A DNA stretch of 63,747 nucleotides, filler included, from Octopus bimaculoides (GCF_001194135.2; 8 parts of 8 records of this genome joined end to end with filler, not necessarily neighbours in it), one strand, 5' to 3'; positions 14,016 to 28,213 are shown, numbered from the whole stretch's first letter. Program-made: numbers and translations. Notes: generated from the sequence alone by a model not told the origin.

Positions 14016-15727
14016 AATGTTTTAAATAACCTAAAGGCTGGAAAGAACATATATTTGTTTAGTAAAGTTTACTCATTACACTACTTACGTGTTTTCCCAG
14101 CTACATCTGTATATCAACACTGTGACGTCCTCTGCTCCTCAGCAACAACTGTTTACATATCACTTCTTCTCTCCTCTATCTGTTTTCTGGGTATCAGTGT
14201 GAACAGCTTTGTCAGTTTTGATAAGTTTGAACCCGTGACGTAATGGCTTAGAACTGATTATAACAAGGCGTTGAGTAGTACATTAAGTAATTCTACCATA
14301 GAAAAAATTATGAATATTACTATAAAAATTGTGTTAGAATTACTAATAAAAGACACCTTTCAGAACATCAATGAAGGCAGAATTTGATTCCATTTTAGAC
14401 AAAGAGAAATCATTATCAGTTTTCAGTATATCTTCAAACGAAGTGGTAAACAAAAGGAAGACAATTATATCATATGTATTGATAACAACTTTTGATTTCA
14501 TAACATTAAGCGCTCAGTTCCAGAACAGTTATAATTTATTAACGTACTTATGAGAATTTAATATTGTATAACCAACTTGTACTAAACTAAACCTTTTCAT
14601 TTTCCGGTCCCATTTAGGATAACAAGAAAGGAGCTTTAATCACTAAAGAGTTAACCGATATTGAAATGCAATAACCCGATTATTGGATAGGAGAAACCTA
14701 TTTCAAGTGGACAGTAAAAGGGGTTTATACTAATTGTTGGATCTCGTAATGAGTATAGGAAATGTTTAGAGCTTTAGTTTATGTTATATATTGTCTTTTA
14801 GTCCATTTTCTTTATACATTTAATTTTATATCCTGTATTTACTAAAGCAATAGAACATTTCCACAAAAATCGAAAACAAAATTCTTAATTAGACTACAAA
14901 CTTTACAAGCTCCACCTACATTTCTGTTATTTATATATTTTCTAGTTATATAAAAAAAATATTAGACATAAAGTAAACAGTTTGCGTTAATTGACCGAAA
15001 GTAATACTGCTATATTTTCCAGCCTGCAGTAAGATGAAAGCCTCAAACATTTGTTCAGTGTTACTACACAGAGAAAACGTCCAAATAGGTTTGTTGTGGG
15101 GCATCTAGTGCACACTGTGTGGTCATAGTGACTCCAACGCTAAAGGGCGATGTCTACTAGCAAATTCATATATTCTCTAAATACACTTTGCATTCATGTT
15201 CACATAATAGGATAATCGAAAATGAAAGTAAATGGAGCATAAAATATATTCGAACGTAGACATCATTTACATGCACGCATACGTACGCAAAAGCATACAC
15301 AATATAGATAATTATAGGTATTTTTCTGTGAGCATTTATTTGCATGTGTACGTGAGAGCGTGAGTATTTGTATCACGACGTGGATACGTGTGTGAGCGTG
15401 CATTATTTTATTCTTTTATTACTTTGAAGCTGAGGGTTGCGGCTGCACTGGAACATCGCTAGTGTAATTCGTCCTGCTTCGCTATACGTTTCATGCCGCT
15501 GTTCTCAGTTGCGTTTCTTGATACGACATTATTTCGTTTGGAATTGTAAATAGTTGGTTATACAGGCTCTTCTGGAATACATCTAAATCCACCACATGCA
15601 GTTTTGTAATTTTCATTGACCAAATATTAAAATACTGTGTGCTTTTGAACCCTGGTTTGTTGAAATGTATAGTCACGATTTTCGATGAAAAGGGTGGGAC
15701 GGTGGATCTTTCGGGACTATGCAGTGG

Positions 15728-15962
15728 CTATCCGTCTTCAAAAACTTTCTTCCTTTCCTCTTTTATTTTATCATTTATAATCCCAATGAGTATTCGCGAC
15801 ACCAGCGTCTGTTCTGACACTATGATTCTATATATCGATAGCAGAGCTACCTCGCTGCCATCTATAGCGTCTGAGCGTTCGCTATTGACAAGACCAGGAA
15901 AGGCCGACATCAGGTGATCTGGTGGTCCCGGCGTTACTGGTGGCAGGTGATTTATCTCTCTG
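15728..15962 (-). CDS. Candidate terminal coding exon of an unidentified gene
   Basis: Unique CpG-rich sequence; AG acceptor at 15964-15963; open frame REINHLPPVTPGPPDHL...KKVFEDG*; two AATAAA downstream (15420-15415, 15412-15407). No homology recognised and a plus-strand reading is also possible. Confidence 0.3.
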
Positions 15963-16109
15963 CTAGCAATATAGACAAGAGTGCGTTTATGCAACGAAAG
16001 CCAAAACGGCAGTTTTTTTTTATCATGGTATCTACTGCAGTATTCTGTGTTCTAAGAGAAAATCCAATTTTAAATGGAACAAATATTACATTTTTGTAAT
16101 ATTTTTTAA

Positions 16110-16151
<42 letters not shown>

Positions 16152-16339
16152 GCACACACACACACACACACACATACATACACTGACAATCACATATGAG
16201 TGTGTATGTGTGCACATTTATACAATATACACATACCCGTCCCACATGTCGTAGTGATGTCCCCTCCTACAAGACCACTCCAATTTGTTTTGTTTTGATT
16301 TGACAAACTCATTCTGCGTCAAGAAAGAAACAACAACAC

Positions 16340-16470
16340 GAGGACGTGGTACATGCAAAGTATTAATAAGACGCTCAGGGAAGGAAAGAAAGGTTGCTTT
16401 ACGTTTCGAGCAAAGTTCTTCTTTAGAGACAGGAGACACAGGATAGTCCAAAAGAAAGGGAAGTCGAAAA
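16340..16470 (-). mobile_element. Short Penelope-derived element with degenerate hammerhead core
   Basis: Minus strand: ctaaagaagaactttgctcGAAACGTAaag...ttccctgagcg. Confidence 0.55.
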
Positions 16471-16536
16471 AAAATATGTGTGTATATGCACGCACACACA
16501 CACACCCACATACATACATATATCGATATATATATG

Positions 16537-16567
<31 letters not shown>

Positions 16568-17152
16568 NNNNNNNNNNNNNNNNNNNNNNNNNNNNNNNNN
16601 NNNNNNNNNNNNNNNNNNNNNNNNNNNNNNNNNNNNNNTGAGAATAAAATGGCTCTTAATAAATAAAATGCTTATATACTCAACAAGCTACATCAGTAAC
16701 TCATAAGTACAAGGTTTTCTGCAATTGGTAAATTCATAAAGTTTTAGCCAAAAATTCTCGCACAGCAATGAAACGCAAAACAAACATTAATCTAAAATAT
16801 ATAGATAAAATTTTGTGAAGTGCATAAATGTTATATGTTCTTGCTCCCTGCATAGCTGTTTATCTCTGCTATTTTCACTCTGTGCTTAGATATAGCTGTG
16901 TGCGTGTATATGTATGTGCGTATGTGCGAGCGTGTGTGTGTGCGTGCGTGTGCGCGCGTGTGAGTGTGTGTGTGTGTGAGTGTACGTACACAAACACACA
17001 CATATATATATATCTTTATGTTCCTTAACTTATAAACATAATTACTTTTATATGATGTAGCATCTTGAATTAAATGTATGTATATATGTATATATGTATT
17101 TGTGGACAATTGCATATGTATGTATATATATATATATGTATATATATGTATA

Positions 17153-17183
<31 letters not shown>

Positions 17184-17917
17184 TATACATATGTATATGT
17201 ATATTATATATGTGTGTGTTTGTGTGTGTATATAAATATATATATATAGAGTGAGAGTTGAGAGAGAGAGAGAGGGAGAGATAGATAGATAGATGTGCAT
17301 ATGACCGTATACACACGTGCGCACATATATGTATACACATAATTATCTATTTTTATAGCTCCAACCTATATACTGCCAGCATCGTTTTGTGGTGTTCAGG
17401 ATGAAATCTGCGTGTTTGCACTCTTCCTGATTTATTGAATTTCAAGAAATTGTACACACGTGCTAAGACGTATTCATCCATTAAGTTGGTAAAAGTGAAT
17501 ATATTTGCATTTATAAAGCAAAATTGTTCATGAATATTCACGAGACTCCTTACATTGGAATCATTGCGTTGACAAATTTCACATATTAAAACATACATAT
17601 TAAAAAAAAAAGGGCCAACTAAATATATATTTGTAATTTTAAAGGATCTGTGTTAGTGCTTCTGAATTTATGTAAATTTGACATACATTAAAGTGTAATA
17701 AATGAAGTATAGTAAAAGTTCGCAGGATATTTGTGATATTTGTGAATAAACCATGTCATATCTGTATGCATGCATGTATGTATGTATGTATGTATGTATG
17801 TATGTATATGTGTGTGTATTTGTTTGTCTATATATATATGTGTGTGTGTGTATTTATATTTATGTGTGTGTCTCTCTATATATATTCATATATATACTCA
17901 TATATGTGTATATATAG

Positions 17918-18115
17918 GGAAAATTCACAAAAAAAAACAAACAAATAAAAGATGAAGATAGGTGGTGTAGACAAAAAACAGATGTATTAGTTTAACGCTC
18001 GGGAAGTGAAAAAGTCTTTAACGTTTCGAGCCTACGCTCTTCCGCAGAATGGAACACAGAAAGAAACAAGGAGAGAAAAAAAGAATGTGTAGTGGCTAGC
18101 GATCTATCATGGCGA
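17918..18115 (-). mobile_element. Short Penelope-derived element with degenerate hammerhead core, ending in (TA)n
   Basis: Minus strand: CTGCGGAagagcgtaggctcGAAACGTtaaagacttt...cttcccgagcgttaaactaatacatc. Confidence 0.7.
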
Positions 18116-19217
18116 ATGTGTGTGTGTATGCATGTACGCTTGTACATATGATATATATGTATACATGTATAATATATATAAATAGATAGACAGAAAAATC
18201 TATACGTTTATACAAATAACCCAAACACGTATTTGAATATATATGCACACTTGCATATACGTAAATACATATATACTTGTTTATACATACATATGTGTGT
18301 GTGTGTACTAGACTACCTGTGACTCATTGGGTCACTGAAATGTCTGAGTTTCCCAGCAACAGTGTTTTGTTTATGGTTTTTTTTTCTTTTCCAGTTTGTT
18401 TCGCATGCATTCAACGAATGTGACATCGAAATCACGCGTAAATGGCTCCTTTCCCCAGAAGAAGAAAGATTTGGCTGCTATTTCTTGCACAGACCGCTAC
18501 CACATAACAGATGTTTCTGGCCCTTTATCACAAATAGTTGTTACGTGGTAGTAGGGCGTGCTAAAAATAGCAGCTGAATCTTTAGTGGTGAGATACGTTG
18601 AATGCACTCGAAAAAGACCTATGGAAGAAAGTTATTTTGCACGTGTCTTTTACGAAATATTTACCGTATTTTTAAAGTCATTTTCACTTTAAAATACTTT
18701 TTAAGTATGCCAAAAAATTTTTGTAATGGTATTCACTTGAAAATAATAAAAAAAAGAGCATAAAAATATTGACTGTTTAAAGAAAGCTAAAATATGAATA
18801 CTTACTGTACAAACAACTTACATTTTTCAAATCACATTCACTTAAAAAATATTTCTAAATAATTAAAATATTGCGTTTAACAAAAGTGAAAATAGAATCA
18901 TTTACTGTAAAAAGCAAATCGTATTTTTTCGTTGTCAAGTCACTGTGTCTAATCGAAAGATAAGAGTTTCTTCCCTTTCTGGAATATTGTCCCATTATGT
19001 ACCGTTTTGGGCATTTACACCCCACCCCCAAACACCGGATATCTCAATAACTACTTGTCCAATTTACGCGAAACTTGTTTTATTCCGTTTGTATTAACAT
19101 TTCAAGGGTTACTTAATTCATAGTATTTTCCCATAATGCGCCAGTTTGGCTCTGTAAAATTGGAAGCAAGTAAGCAAGCAAGATTGAACTTCACTTTTAC
19201 TAGTATATATATACATA

Positions 19218-19230
19218 CATATATATATAT

Positions 19231-19305
<75 letters not shown>
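19218..19305. repeat. (GA)n microsatellite
   Basis: Directly visible. Confidence 0.95.
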
Positions 19306-19307
<2 letters not shown>

Positions 19308-20369
19308 TAAATATTCATAGATATATACACATATGTATGTCTTATACATATGTTTTCTGTTTCAAACTGGTCAGAAAAAGAAAGGTTTCACATATCTCCT
19401 TATTACAAGGCTGTCAATATTGTAAGTGAAAAGAAAAGGCTACAGTTCACAGGTTGTTCTGAGACCAAAAGCAAGTACTAAATGCTTGGAAACAAAGAAC
19501 TCTATACTAGAAGCAACCGAGAGCTAGGTAGCGATGTAAAACAATGTAACGGTTTAAATATCACTTGAAAGGTACACAGTGCATCCAACAGGGCTCTCTT
19601 TGCTCAGTGTGCAGGACGAGGTTTGAATTGACTCTTGGATTTTGTAGAACATACATTCCCTAGATGAATCATAGTAGAATGGAACCCAGATGCACTTAAT
19701 TACGAAGAAATTTGCGTACCTATAGGAACATGACTGCGTATTGGAATTATTAACGTAACAACATAACGCTTAGATATAGTTTCAGCCATTCAAGTGACAA
19801 CAGAAGGTAAGGTTAGAAAGTGTAATGTTCATCCTTTCAAAATGTGATAACTGTTCGCCGAGAAGGTGCTTAATCAGGAGGACGGTAAAGCTAAAGTTTG
19901 AAGATACATTGCCCAATAAATCTAGAATATGATACGGTAAATGAAGCTAAGCTTGTAGCTTTATATTTTAACCTTTGTGTTAATATATTTCATACTATAT
20001 CACATACAATAAAATACAAATATTTATACTTATGCTCTTGCACATTACGTATTTTGTGACAAGTTACACAAATATACATGAAAACATACGAACGGACATA
20101 TATATATGTATACATCTACGCATACAATATTAGATACACACGCGCAAACACTTTCACATACACACACATAAGTTCTCTGAGAAGTTTTGGATTGTGCAGC
20201 AACTGAAGAATGGGATCTAAAGACTCAGAGCAGGAACGCTTTGAAAAGTTATATGTTGCCCACTCGTGAACGGTATTGAGCACTTCACTCTAGTGGGAAT
20301 GCATAATCATCTTTCAGCCTCGCGCTGTAGAAATGTCTATAAGAGACACCATAGTCAATTTTTGCTACA

Positions 20370-20440
20370 GTAGCCAAGGTCCAACTAAAGCCTTGTGAGT
20401 GGATTTAGCTGGCGGAAACTGAAAGAAGCCCGTCGTGTAT
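20370..20440 (+). mobile_element. SINE family A, middle fragment
   Basis: aaagccttgtgagtggatttagctggcggaaactgaaagaagcccgtcg, then (TA)n across a gap. Confidence 0.75.
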
Positions 20441-20656
20441 ANNNNNNNNNNNNNNNNNNNNNNNNNNNNNNNNNNNNNNNNNNNNNNNNNNNNNNNNNNN
20501 NNNNNNNNNNNNNNNNNNNNNNNNNNNNNNNNNNNNNNNNNNNNNNNNNNNNNNNNNNNNNNNNNNNNNNNNNNNNNNNNNNNNNNNNNNNNNNNNNNNN
20601 NNNNNNNNNNNNNNNNNNNNNNNNNNNNNNNNNNNNNNNNNNNNNNNNNNNNNNNN

Positions 20657-20691
<35 letters not shown>

Positions 20692-23380
20692 TTTGATTCT
20701 TTGTCTGAAGAATTTCCAATAGGAGGATCTTACATATTTTTCCTGCATGTACAATTTTGTAACACCTTTTAGCAAAAGAAACACATGTAATGGCAAATAG
20801 ATAATATTCAAATTTATTCCTAGTAGTTTCAACTCATACCACACACAAATATGCATACCACACACATGCATACCACTCACTAATATACATACCACACACA
20901 AATATAACATCTACATGCAACATGGGAATAACCGGATACGCTTCAAGACGGCAAACCTTGCACTATAGCCCTATCTACATAATAGTAATACATATACATA
21001 TCATACATACATATACACACATACATACATACATATGCAAAGACACATATACATGCATACAGACATATATATATATGTGTGTGTGTATGTATATATATGC
21101 ATATGTATATGCATGTGTCTGTGTACGTGTGTGCGTCTGTATATATGAATACACTCTTGCACACATGTACACATATACATATAAAATTAATATATGTACG
21201 TATGTATTCACTCACATATATCTATAAAATTCCCTCTAAATTTAGACTATGAGGAACGTGTGATGATTATTTTCTTATTCAGTTGTAAATATGAATGATT
21301 CAACCAGCACCGCCCTTTCCAAATAAAAGGTAATGACTAAATACTCAAGTGTTTATTGTAGATAATACTGGGAAAATTTTATTATCCAAAAATACATAAG
21401 TAATTTCATTCATATTTTCCTAATGTAGAAAGTTTCTTGCTAGTTTCAAGTTAGTTGGCTTATCAGTCTATTTTCTTGTTTTTCTTATGACAACTAACTC
21501 AATTATTATCTTTTGTTATACATTCACTCGCACTCGCGCACATACACACGCACGTACGCACGCACACGCACACACACACATAAACACACTCATATACACA
21601 CATACTACACACAGAGACATAAGTGTCTGAGTGTGTATATGTGTGTATATTAGTGCATATATGTATGAATGCATGTACACACACGCACATATATATTGTA
21701 TATATTGTATGTGTACATATATTGTACACATTGTATGTGTACATATATATATATNNNNNNNNNNNNNNNNNNNNNNNNNNNNNNNNNNNNNNNNNNNNNN
21801 NNNNNNNNNNNTATAAAAATTCATATAGACACACACACGCACACATATATATGAGTCTTCCGCTTCAAGATAGATAAGTTCCCGCCTCACCTAAACTAGC
21901 AATAAATGTATAAATATAAGTTCACAATTCTTTTAACTGGTAAGTATTGTCTGTTATTCTCGAGGTCACTGTAAATTATTATCTGATCGTAGGTTTATTA
22001 ATTAGTTGATTTTGTATGATCCCGCCTTGGAATACCAGCCAAAACTAGGTATTATCACACCATTATTTTATTTTTCTCAATAACATTATAGAACAACAAC
22101 AGCAACAATATTAAGAATACGAAGGAAGAAAAAAATAAACTAGTAATATTAACGATAATAACATTAAAAACCAATACTAAGATAAGTTAAGCCATGCAAC
22201 ATAAAAATGCAAAGAAATAAGAACGTTCTCAAATTAATACATATAACCACTGATGTTGCGTCGAAATCGAAGTTCCCGCTTCGAGACATCACTAATGACA
22301 TACTTGTAAAAATCATAGATTCAAAGTCCTAAACTGAAGGAGATGCATAATAGTTAAGTCTAAAGGTATGTTAATACTCGATATGACAAGTACTATACTG
22401 GGGCTTACTGTTTAAAACACACACTAAACTATAACTTATTTTGGTAGCTGCAAATTGGTTGAAATTGAGTCATAGGTCGAATCGATTAGAACTGATTGCA
22501 TCTATCGAGCGATAAAAAAAAATCGTTGTCTGTTTTATCCAACATTTCATTGAGTTGATATTGTTATTTATGCCATTATTGTCAATAAATCCCAGACATA
22601 ATCTTCGGTAAAAATACAACGAGGGATGGTTGTCGTTTATGACGTCAGAAAAACTATGAACAAATCACAATGATCAAATGAAATTCGCTGGGTGACTCAT
22701 TCTGTTCATTTAACAACCAATCGAACAGTAACTATAATCCATCAATATTTGCGTAGCTGCTTAATAAAGCAAAACACGCCCATCTGACTCACTGCCTACT
22801 CTCATTAATGTATTTAACTGCGAGAGGGTTGTACTTTAGAATCCGAACAGTAAAAAAAAACATATATTTATATCCATGCATGTACATTAATACATAAGTA
22901 GAGAAATACATATATAAATGCACATAAAAATGCACGCATACAGACATGGCCATAACGATAAGAAATTCATTACGCAATCACATAGATTCGTGTTCGATCC
23001 AGAAGTTGGGTAGATTGGTCAAGAGTTTTATAAAACAGCCCAGAGTCTAACTAAATTTTGCTAATGGAACTTGCAAAGCGAGAAATGAACAGAAGTTTGT
23101 GAGCCCAAGTAAATAATTGTACTGTTTCTAGAGTGGATAACTTAAGCCTTTACTAAGTTTAACAACAATATCTGGGCCTTTGGTATTTTCAGCTCAGGCA
23201 GCTTTGAGCATTCGGGTCAAATTCATATATTAATGCGTAAATTGAGAGTAGCAGTAAATATTTCTTTCTGCTAATCAATCTTAATAATTATGCAAAAGCA
23301 TTCTGGAAGCTGTTGTTCCTCCCCAAGTAATCCACAAGGAGCACAAGGAGCTATGAGTACATGTATTTATACATAGACAA

Positions 23381-23541
23381 GCGGAGGAGTGGCTGTATTG
23401 TAAGAAGCTTGCTTCCCAACCACATGGTTCCGGGTTCAGTCCCACTGCGTAGCATCTTGGGCAAGTGTCTTCTACTATAGCCTCGGGCTGACCAAAGCAT
23501 CGTGAATGGATTTGGTAGACGGAAACTGAAAGAACCCCACC

Positions 23542-23582
<41 letters not shown>

Positions 23583-23793
23583 TGTATTTGTGTGTCTGTG
23601 TTTGTCCCCCCAACATCGCTTGACAACCGATGTTGATGTATTTACATCTTTTTAACTTAGTGGTTCGGTAAAAGATAGCGATAGAATAAGTACAAGACTT
23701 ACAAAGAATGTCTTGGTGTCGATTTGTTCGACTAAAGGCGGTGCCCCAGCATGGCCCCAGTCAAATGACTGAAACAAATAAAAGAAATAAAAG
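23381..23793 (+). mobile_element. SINE family A, full length, internal (TA)n
   Basis: Head ggagtggctgtattgtaag...ggttcagtccc; tail gactgaaacaaataaaaga. Confidence 0.9.
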
Positions 23794-23852
23794 AAATGTA
23801 TACGTACATAATTATATACACACACACGCATACGTATTGATATGTATGTGTG

Positions 23853-23886
<34 letters not shown>

Positions 23887-23913
23887 TGTATGTATGTATG
23901 TATGTATATGAAT

Positions 23914-24190
23914 GCGCATGGCGTAGTGGTTAAGGTGTTGCACTCACGATTATTAAACCGTGAGTTCGATTCTCGGACCGAGCGGCGCGTTGTGTTCTTA
24001 AGCAAAACAATCCATTTCATGGTGCTCCAGTCCACTAAACTTTTAAATGGGTAACTCAGCGATGGACTAGCCTTCCGATGAGTGGGAATGCTTGTCTGCT
24101 CGCCTAACTAGCGAGTTGGCATCATTTGGAAGATAAAGCGATGCAAAGCGCATTGTGACCAGCCACGTGTAACACCATTTGATAACCTGA
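23914..24190 (+). mobile_element. SINE family D (tRNA head plus CORE-like domain)
   Basis: gcgcatggcgtagtggtt (A box), gagttcgattctc (B box), agcaaaacaatccatttcatggtgctccagtccact...aaatgggtaac; resemblance to CORE-SINEs is from memory. Confidence 0.7.
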
Positions 24191-24494
24191 TATGATATAT
24201 AAGAAAGTGAGAATGAGTGTCTTCATGGAAAGTGACAAAATCTTTGCATTACAGAAGTGATACGATCTTGAAAAATCTTATCGTAACGCATATCCCATAA
24301 CGTAAAATTTATTTCGACAAGTATGGCTAAATCAGTATGTATGTATGTATGTATGCATGTATTTATGTATGTATGTATGGATGTATGGATGTATGTCTTT
24401 ATTCAGTTTTATTTCAAGATTTCTTGTCAATGAAGCGCCGGTATCTAACCTAGAACCAAGGCTCCTTCATTGGAATTTCAACATCAACAACAGG

Positions 24495-24525
<31 letters not shown>

Positions 24526-27284
24526 TGTATGTATGTATGTATGTATGTGCACGTGCAGATTTGTATGCTTTGTTATATATATATATATGTCTTCTCATGA
24601 ATATGCTTGTATATCTAGACATGCTCATATACACCCAAATGACAAACTTCTGGAAAGTTTTACTGATTTTTACAGTTCCAGTGATGGCTTGGATCCGTAG
24701 TCTTCGAATCATCTTTCTCCTTTCTCGTTTTGAGAAGCTTAATTTCCCAAAACTGATACTTAAGCAGTGTGTTACATATCCCAATGCCCCAATAATTACA
24801 AGTATAAATTTGAACTTGTAATCTGAATAGAGCAACTGCATATTTCTCAATAGTTCAGCGTAAGTATTCTCTTTTTCACAGATCTTCAGCTTTATGTCAA
24901 CATCTATTGAGCAGTTGATTTCCACAACTTTGCACAGTTTCTCTTCCCAATCCCAAATCATGATACCAGGTTTATTGTGTTTACATTTTATTCAGGTTTT
25001 CAGTGGAACATTCCACCAATACTCCTTTTTATTATGAGTGGCTATGGATTCCACCATATTGTAGGTTCTTATTTCTCTGTCCTCGGAGTTATCTTTTCAA
25101 CGGATCACTTTATACAGTGTCCTAGCTACAGCATAATATCTCATCACTAGATTATACCGCGATGACATTCTTGGACAACTAGTTATGATGTGGATGATAT
25201 CTTCGGTGTTAACTCCACAAAGTCTGCATCGATTGTCACATTTCACCGCTTTTCTTGCATCTCTGTTCCTTTTATGCATCAAATATTTGGTTGATATTTC
25301 CTGCTCCTGGATTGCAAACGCATACCTTTCAAAGTAGGAGGTAATAATCCGGTTGTTGGTCAATGATAAACTGCTTTGAGGATCAATGATACTATCATGT
25401 AAGAGCTTTCTACTAATATACCTATGAATGGTTTTCTGCTCATATAGGCTCATCTTTTCATCTGATTATATGCTGCGATAGAGTCGTGTGACTTCTTTGG
25501 GCATGTATTTAAGGTTATCAAACAAAGGAGGCTGCGTAAGGAGATGCTTTCCAAGTCTCATGATATTATCAGTCTCATGTATGCAAATTTAGTCAAAGGA
25601 TGCACTTCGACACTTGATGATTAAAAGATGTTGCCGAAAGGATATGATACGACAATCAAAGGCAGTTTGAATCGATATTAAACCTCAACCGCCTTGTTTT
25701 CGTTTTAGGTAAAGACAGTCTACGTCACTGTTGATGTAGAAATTGTGTGCTTGCTAGTATCACATCAATGGTTCGGATCTCATCAAGCAACTAACCAAGC
25801 AGCCCAAATGTTGGCATGTGTACATTGTGGGCTACTGTTCTAAGGTCCAAGTTTCCTTTCTCCGGTGGTGACATTCTATAGTGATTGGTGTTTTCTACAG
25901 GTGCCATTTTAACATATATTTTCATCTACCCCTAGATAGCTGTAACTTTCCTCATCAGATATAGGGGCAATGGTTAAGTCATTGATAAAGATGTTGCTAG
26001 TCTGGTTTACAGTTTTCCCTCTTTTCACAACCGTATAGCAACATTTATCCTGACTAAACTCCAACCCTACATCCTTTGCGAATGATGAAACCAGGTCAAG
26101 CTCTTATTCATCTCGTGCATATTCTTTGCATATAATTTCGAGTCATTCACAAAGAAACAGTGTAATTCTGGTTTTTCTGTTTCTTTGTGAACCAGTGAGA
26201 TATCCTACAGACTTAACATGCATGTGACAACAGGTTTACAGAAAGTATAAGCAACATCACAGAGAGACTGTTCCCTTGGAATATGCTTCTGCGATACTGT
26301 ATTCAATCAGTGATAATATAGTCACTCTTTGTGTTAAATTTCAAAATGGTGGCCCTCGATGAAGTCAGGTCAGCTATAGCTCTGACTATGCTTATTGGAA
26401 CTTTAGCAATTTGAAGGGCTTCTAGCATCCATGAGTGGGGAACAAAGTCAAAGACTTTCTTCTTGTCTAGCCACATTGAAACTAGGTTCTTTCTATGCTC
26501 CTTCACCTTTGACATTACAGTTGCTCAGCACATCCCCAGATCCCCATCTTCCCAGTTGTTTGTTTTGCTGTGATGATGTTATTGCTTTCACAATGGCCCG
26601 AGAGGAAGAGGTTTACACATGCTGTACATATCTTATACATTAAGTTCTGGCATGCAATTGTCAGGTAGTTTTTGCCATGTGGGTGGGGATCAGTTTTGTC
26701 TCTGTCAGAGCTAACCAGTGTGGTATGCTACTGTTCCTCTTGAGAGCATGTTGTTACAGGTTGACAAGATATGGTCGGTAGAATGTTAGCTTTTTGTACT
26801 AATATCCAACAATCAAGTCTCTTCCAGGTGCTTTTCCATCCTGAAGTTTCTGGATCACAGTTACAAGGGTATAACCACCAATGTTGTATGTCATATGTGT
26901 AATGCAGGGACAAGAGATTCTTAGAATTTCCTCCATCCACAGAACATCTTCGTCAAACTCCTTCCCTTCACTGCAGGTTTTCCTCCAGGAGTCTATGTCT
27001 TCCCGCGAAGGAACTTCTGTGATGTTCACTGCTTCTCCACTTATGCCTCTGTATACTGCTGCCTGGTTCCGGTTAAATTTTTTGTTTGTTGTTCTACTCT
27101 CGGTTATACTTTTCTGATATCGAAGTTCTCATTGGCAGCTTTTAGCTTCGGCTTCAGAGTGATCAGTTTGCAAGTGAACGTCTTCTTTTTGCTGTCTCCA
27201 AATATAACTTCTATCACCTTCTTCGCCTTTTGTTGGTGGGACGTATTATGACTGGCTTGTTTGCACGCAATAAGCATCATCACG

Positions 27285-27497
27285 AAGGCGGCGAGCTGGC
27301 AGAAACGTTAGCACGCCGGGCGAAACGCTTAGCCATATTTCGTCTGTCTTTACGTTCTGAATTAAAATTCCGCCAAGGTCGACTTTGCCTTTTATCCTTT
27401 CGAGGTCGACAAATTAAGTACCAGTTGCGTACTGGGGTGAATCTAATGAACTGGCCCCTCCCCCGAAATTTCGGGCCTTGTACCTAGAGAAGAAAAG
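27285..27497 (+). mobile_element. SINE family B inserted in the LINE, 13-bp TSD
   Basis: aataagcatcatc at 27269-27281 and 27498-27510. Confidence 0.9.
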
Positions 27498-27646
27498 AAT
27501 AAGCATCATCTCAAGGCTGATGATCTTCAGTAAATCAGTTATTTTTCTCTTTCTTTGTTATTTCGGTTTTGTTCACTTTCTGCATGTCGTTCATGTACTG
27601 TTTTACAGAAGTATGCAGGGCATATAGACATACGTTAATCTGCCAG

Positions 27647-27993
27647 TGAAGGCACATGGCTTAGTAGTTGGAGCGTCCAGCTTACGATCGTGAGGTTGTG
27701 AACTCGAATCCCGGACCGGGCTTTCGTGTTGTCTTCTTGAGCAAGACACTTTATTTCACGTTGCTCCAGTTCACTCACCTGTAGAAATGAGTTGCGACGT
27801 CACAGGTGCCAATCTGTATCGGCCCCTTGCCTTTCCCTTGGATAACACTGGTGGCGTGGAGAGGGGAGGCCGGTATGCATGGGCGACTGCTGGACTTCCA
27901 CAAATAATCTTTCCAGGACTTGTGCCCGGACTTCTGCCTGCACTTTTTAGGTGCAATCCAATGGTCAGTCATGACCGAAGGGGTCTCAGCAAG
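27647..27993 (+). mobile_element. SINE family D inserted in the LINE, possible 7-bp TSD
   Basis: tRNA-like head, then cttgagcaagacactttatttcacgttgctccagttcactc; ctgccag at 27640-27646 and 27994-28000; the LINE peptide resumes across it. Confidence 0.8.
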
Positions 27994-28213
27994 CTGCCAG
28001 AATGAGGGTTCATTACACTGCTCTAATACTACTCTGCAATTTCGTTAACAGCTTTTAATACCATTTCTGGTGGGTTTTTTTATATATTACTTAGTTCGCA
28101 AGAGAATATTCTCTCCTCGAGAGAGTACTTCAAAGTCAAAGTTATTTTTTCGGAAAATTTCAGTAAAGGCTTATTTCACCAATACATAATCCTGACTAGT
28201 ACTATTGCAATGT

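Larger units (their letters stand above)
24396..28200 (-). mobile_element. Decayed R4/Dong-type non-LTR retrotransposon (RT + CCHC + restriction-like endonuclease) with two nested SINEs
   Basis: Minus-strand peptides LKAVNEIA..WQINVCLYA, KLQDGKAPGRDLIVGY, WLDKKKVFDFVPHSW, IFQGNSLSVML, FVNDSKLYAK, CRLCGVNTEDIIHIITSC, VVEINCS..EKENTYAEL, IIGALG; many frameshifts and stops; 3' end abuts (CATA)n. Confidence 0.85.

Noticed and set aside
14050-14620. piggyBac/PGBD-like remnants on the minus strand (FEDILK, FYGR, KPLRHGFKL)
   Set aside because: Too fragmentary to support without an alignment; no TTAA/TIR seen
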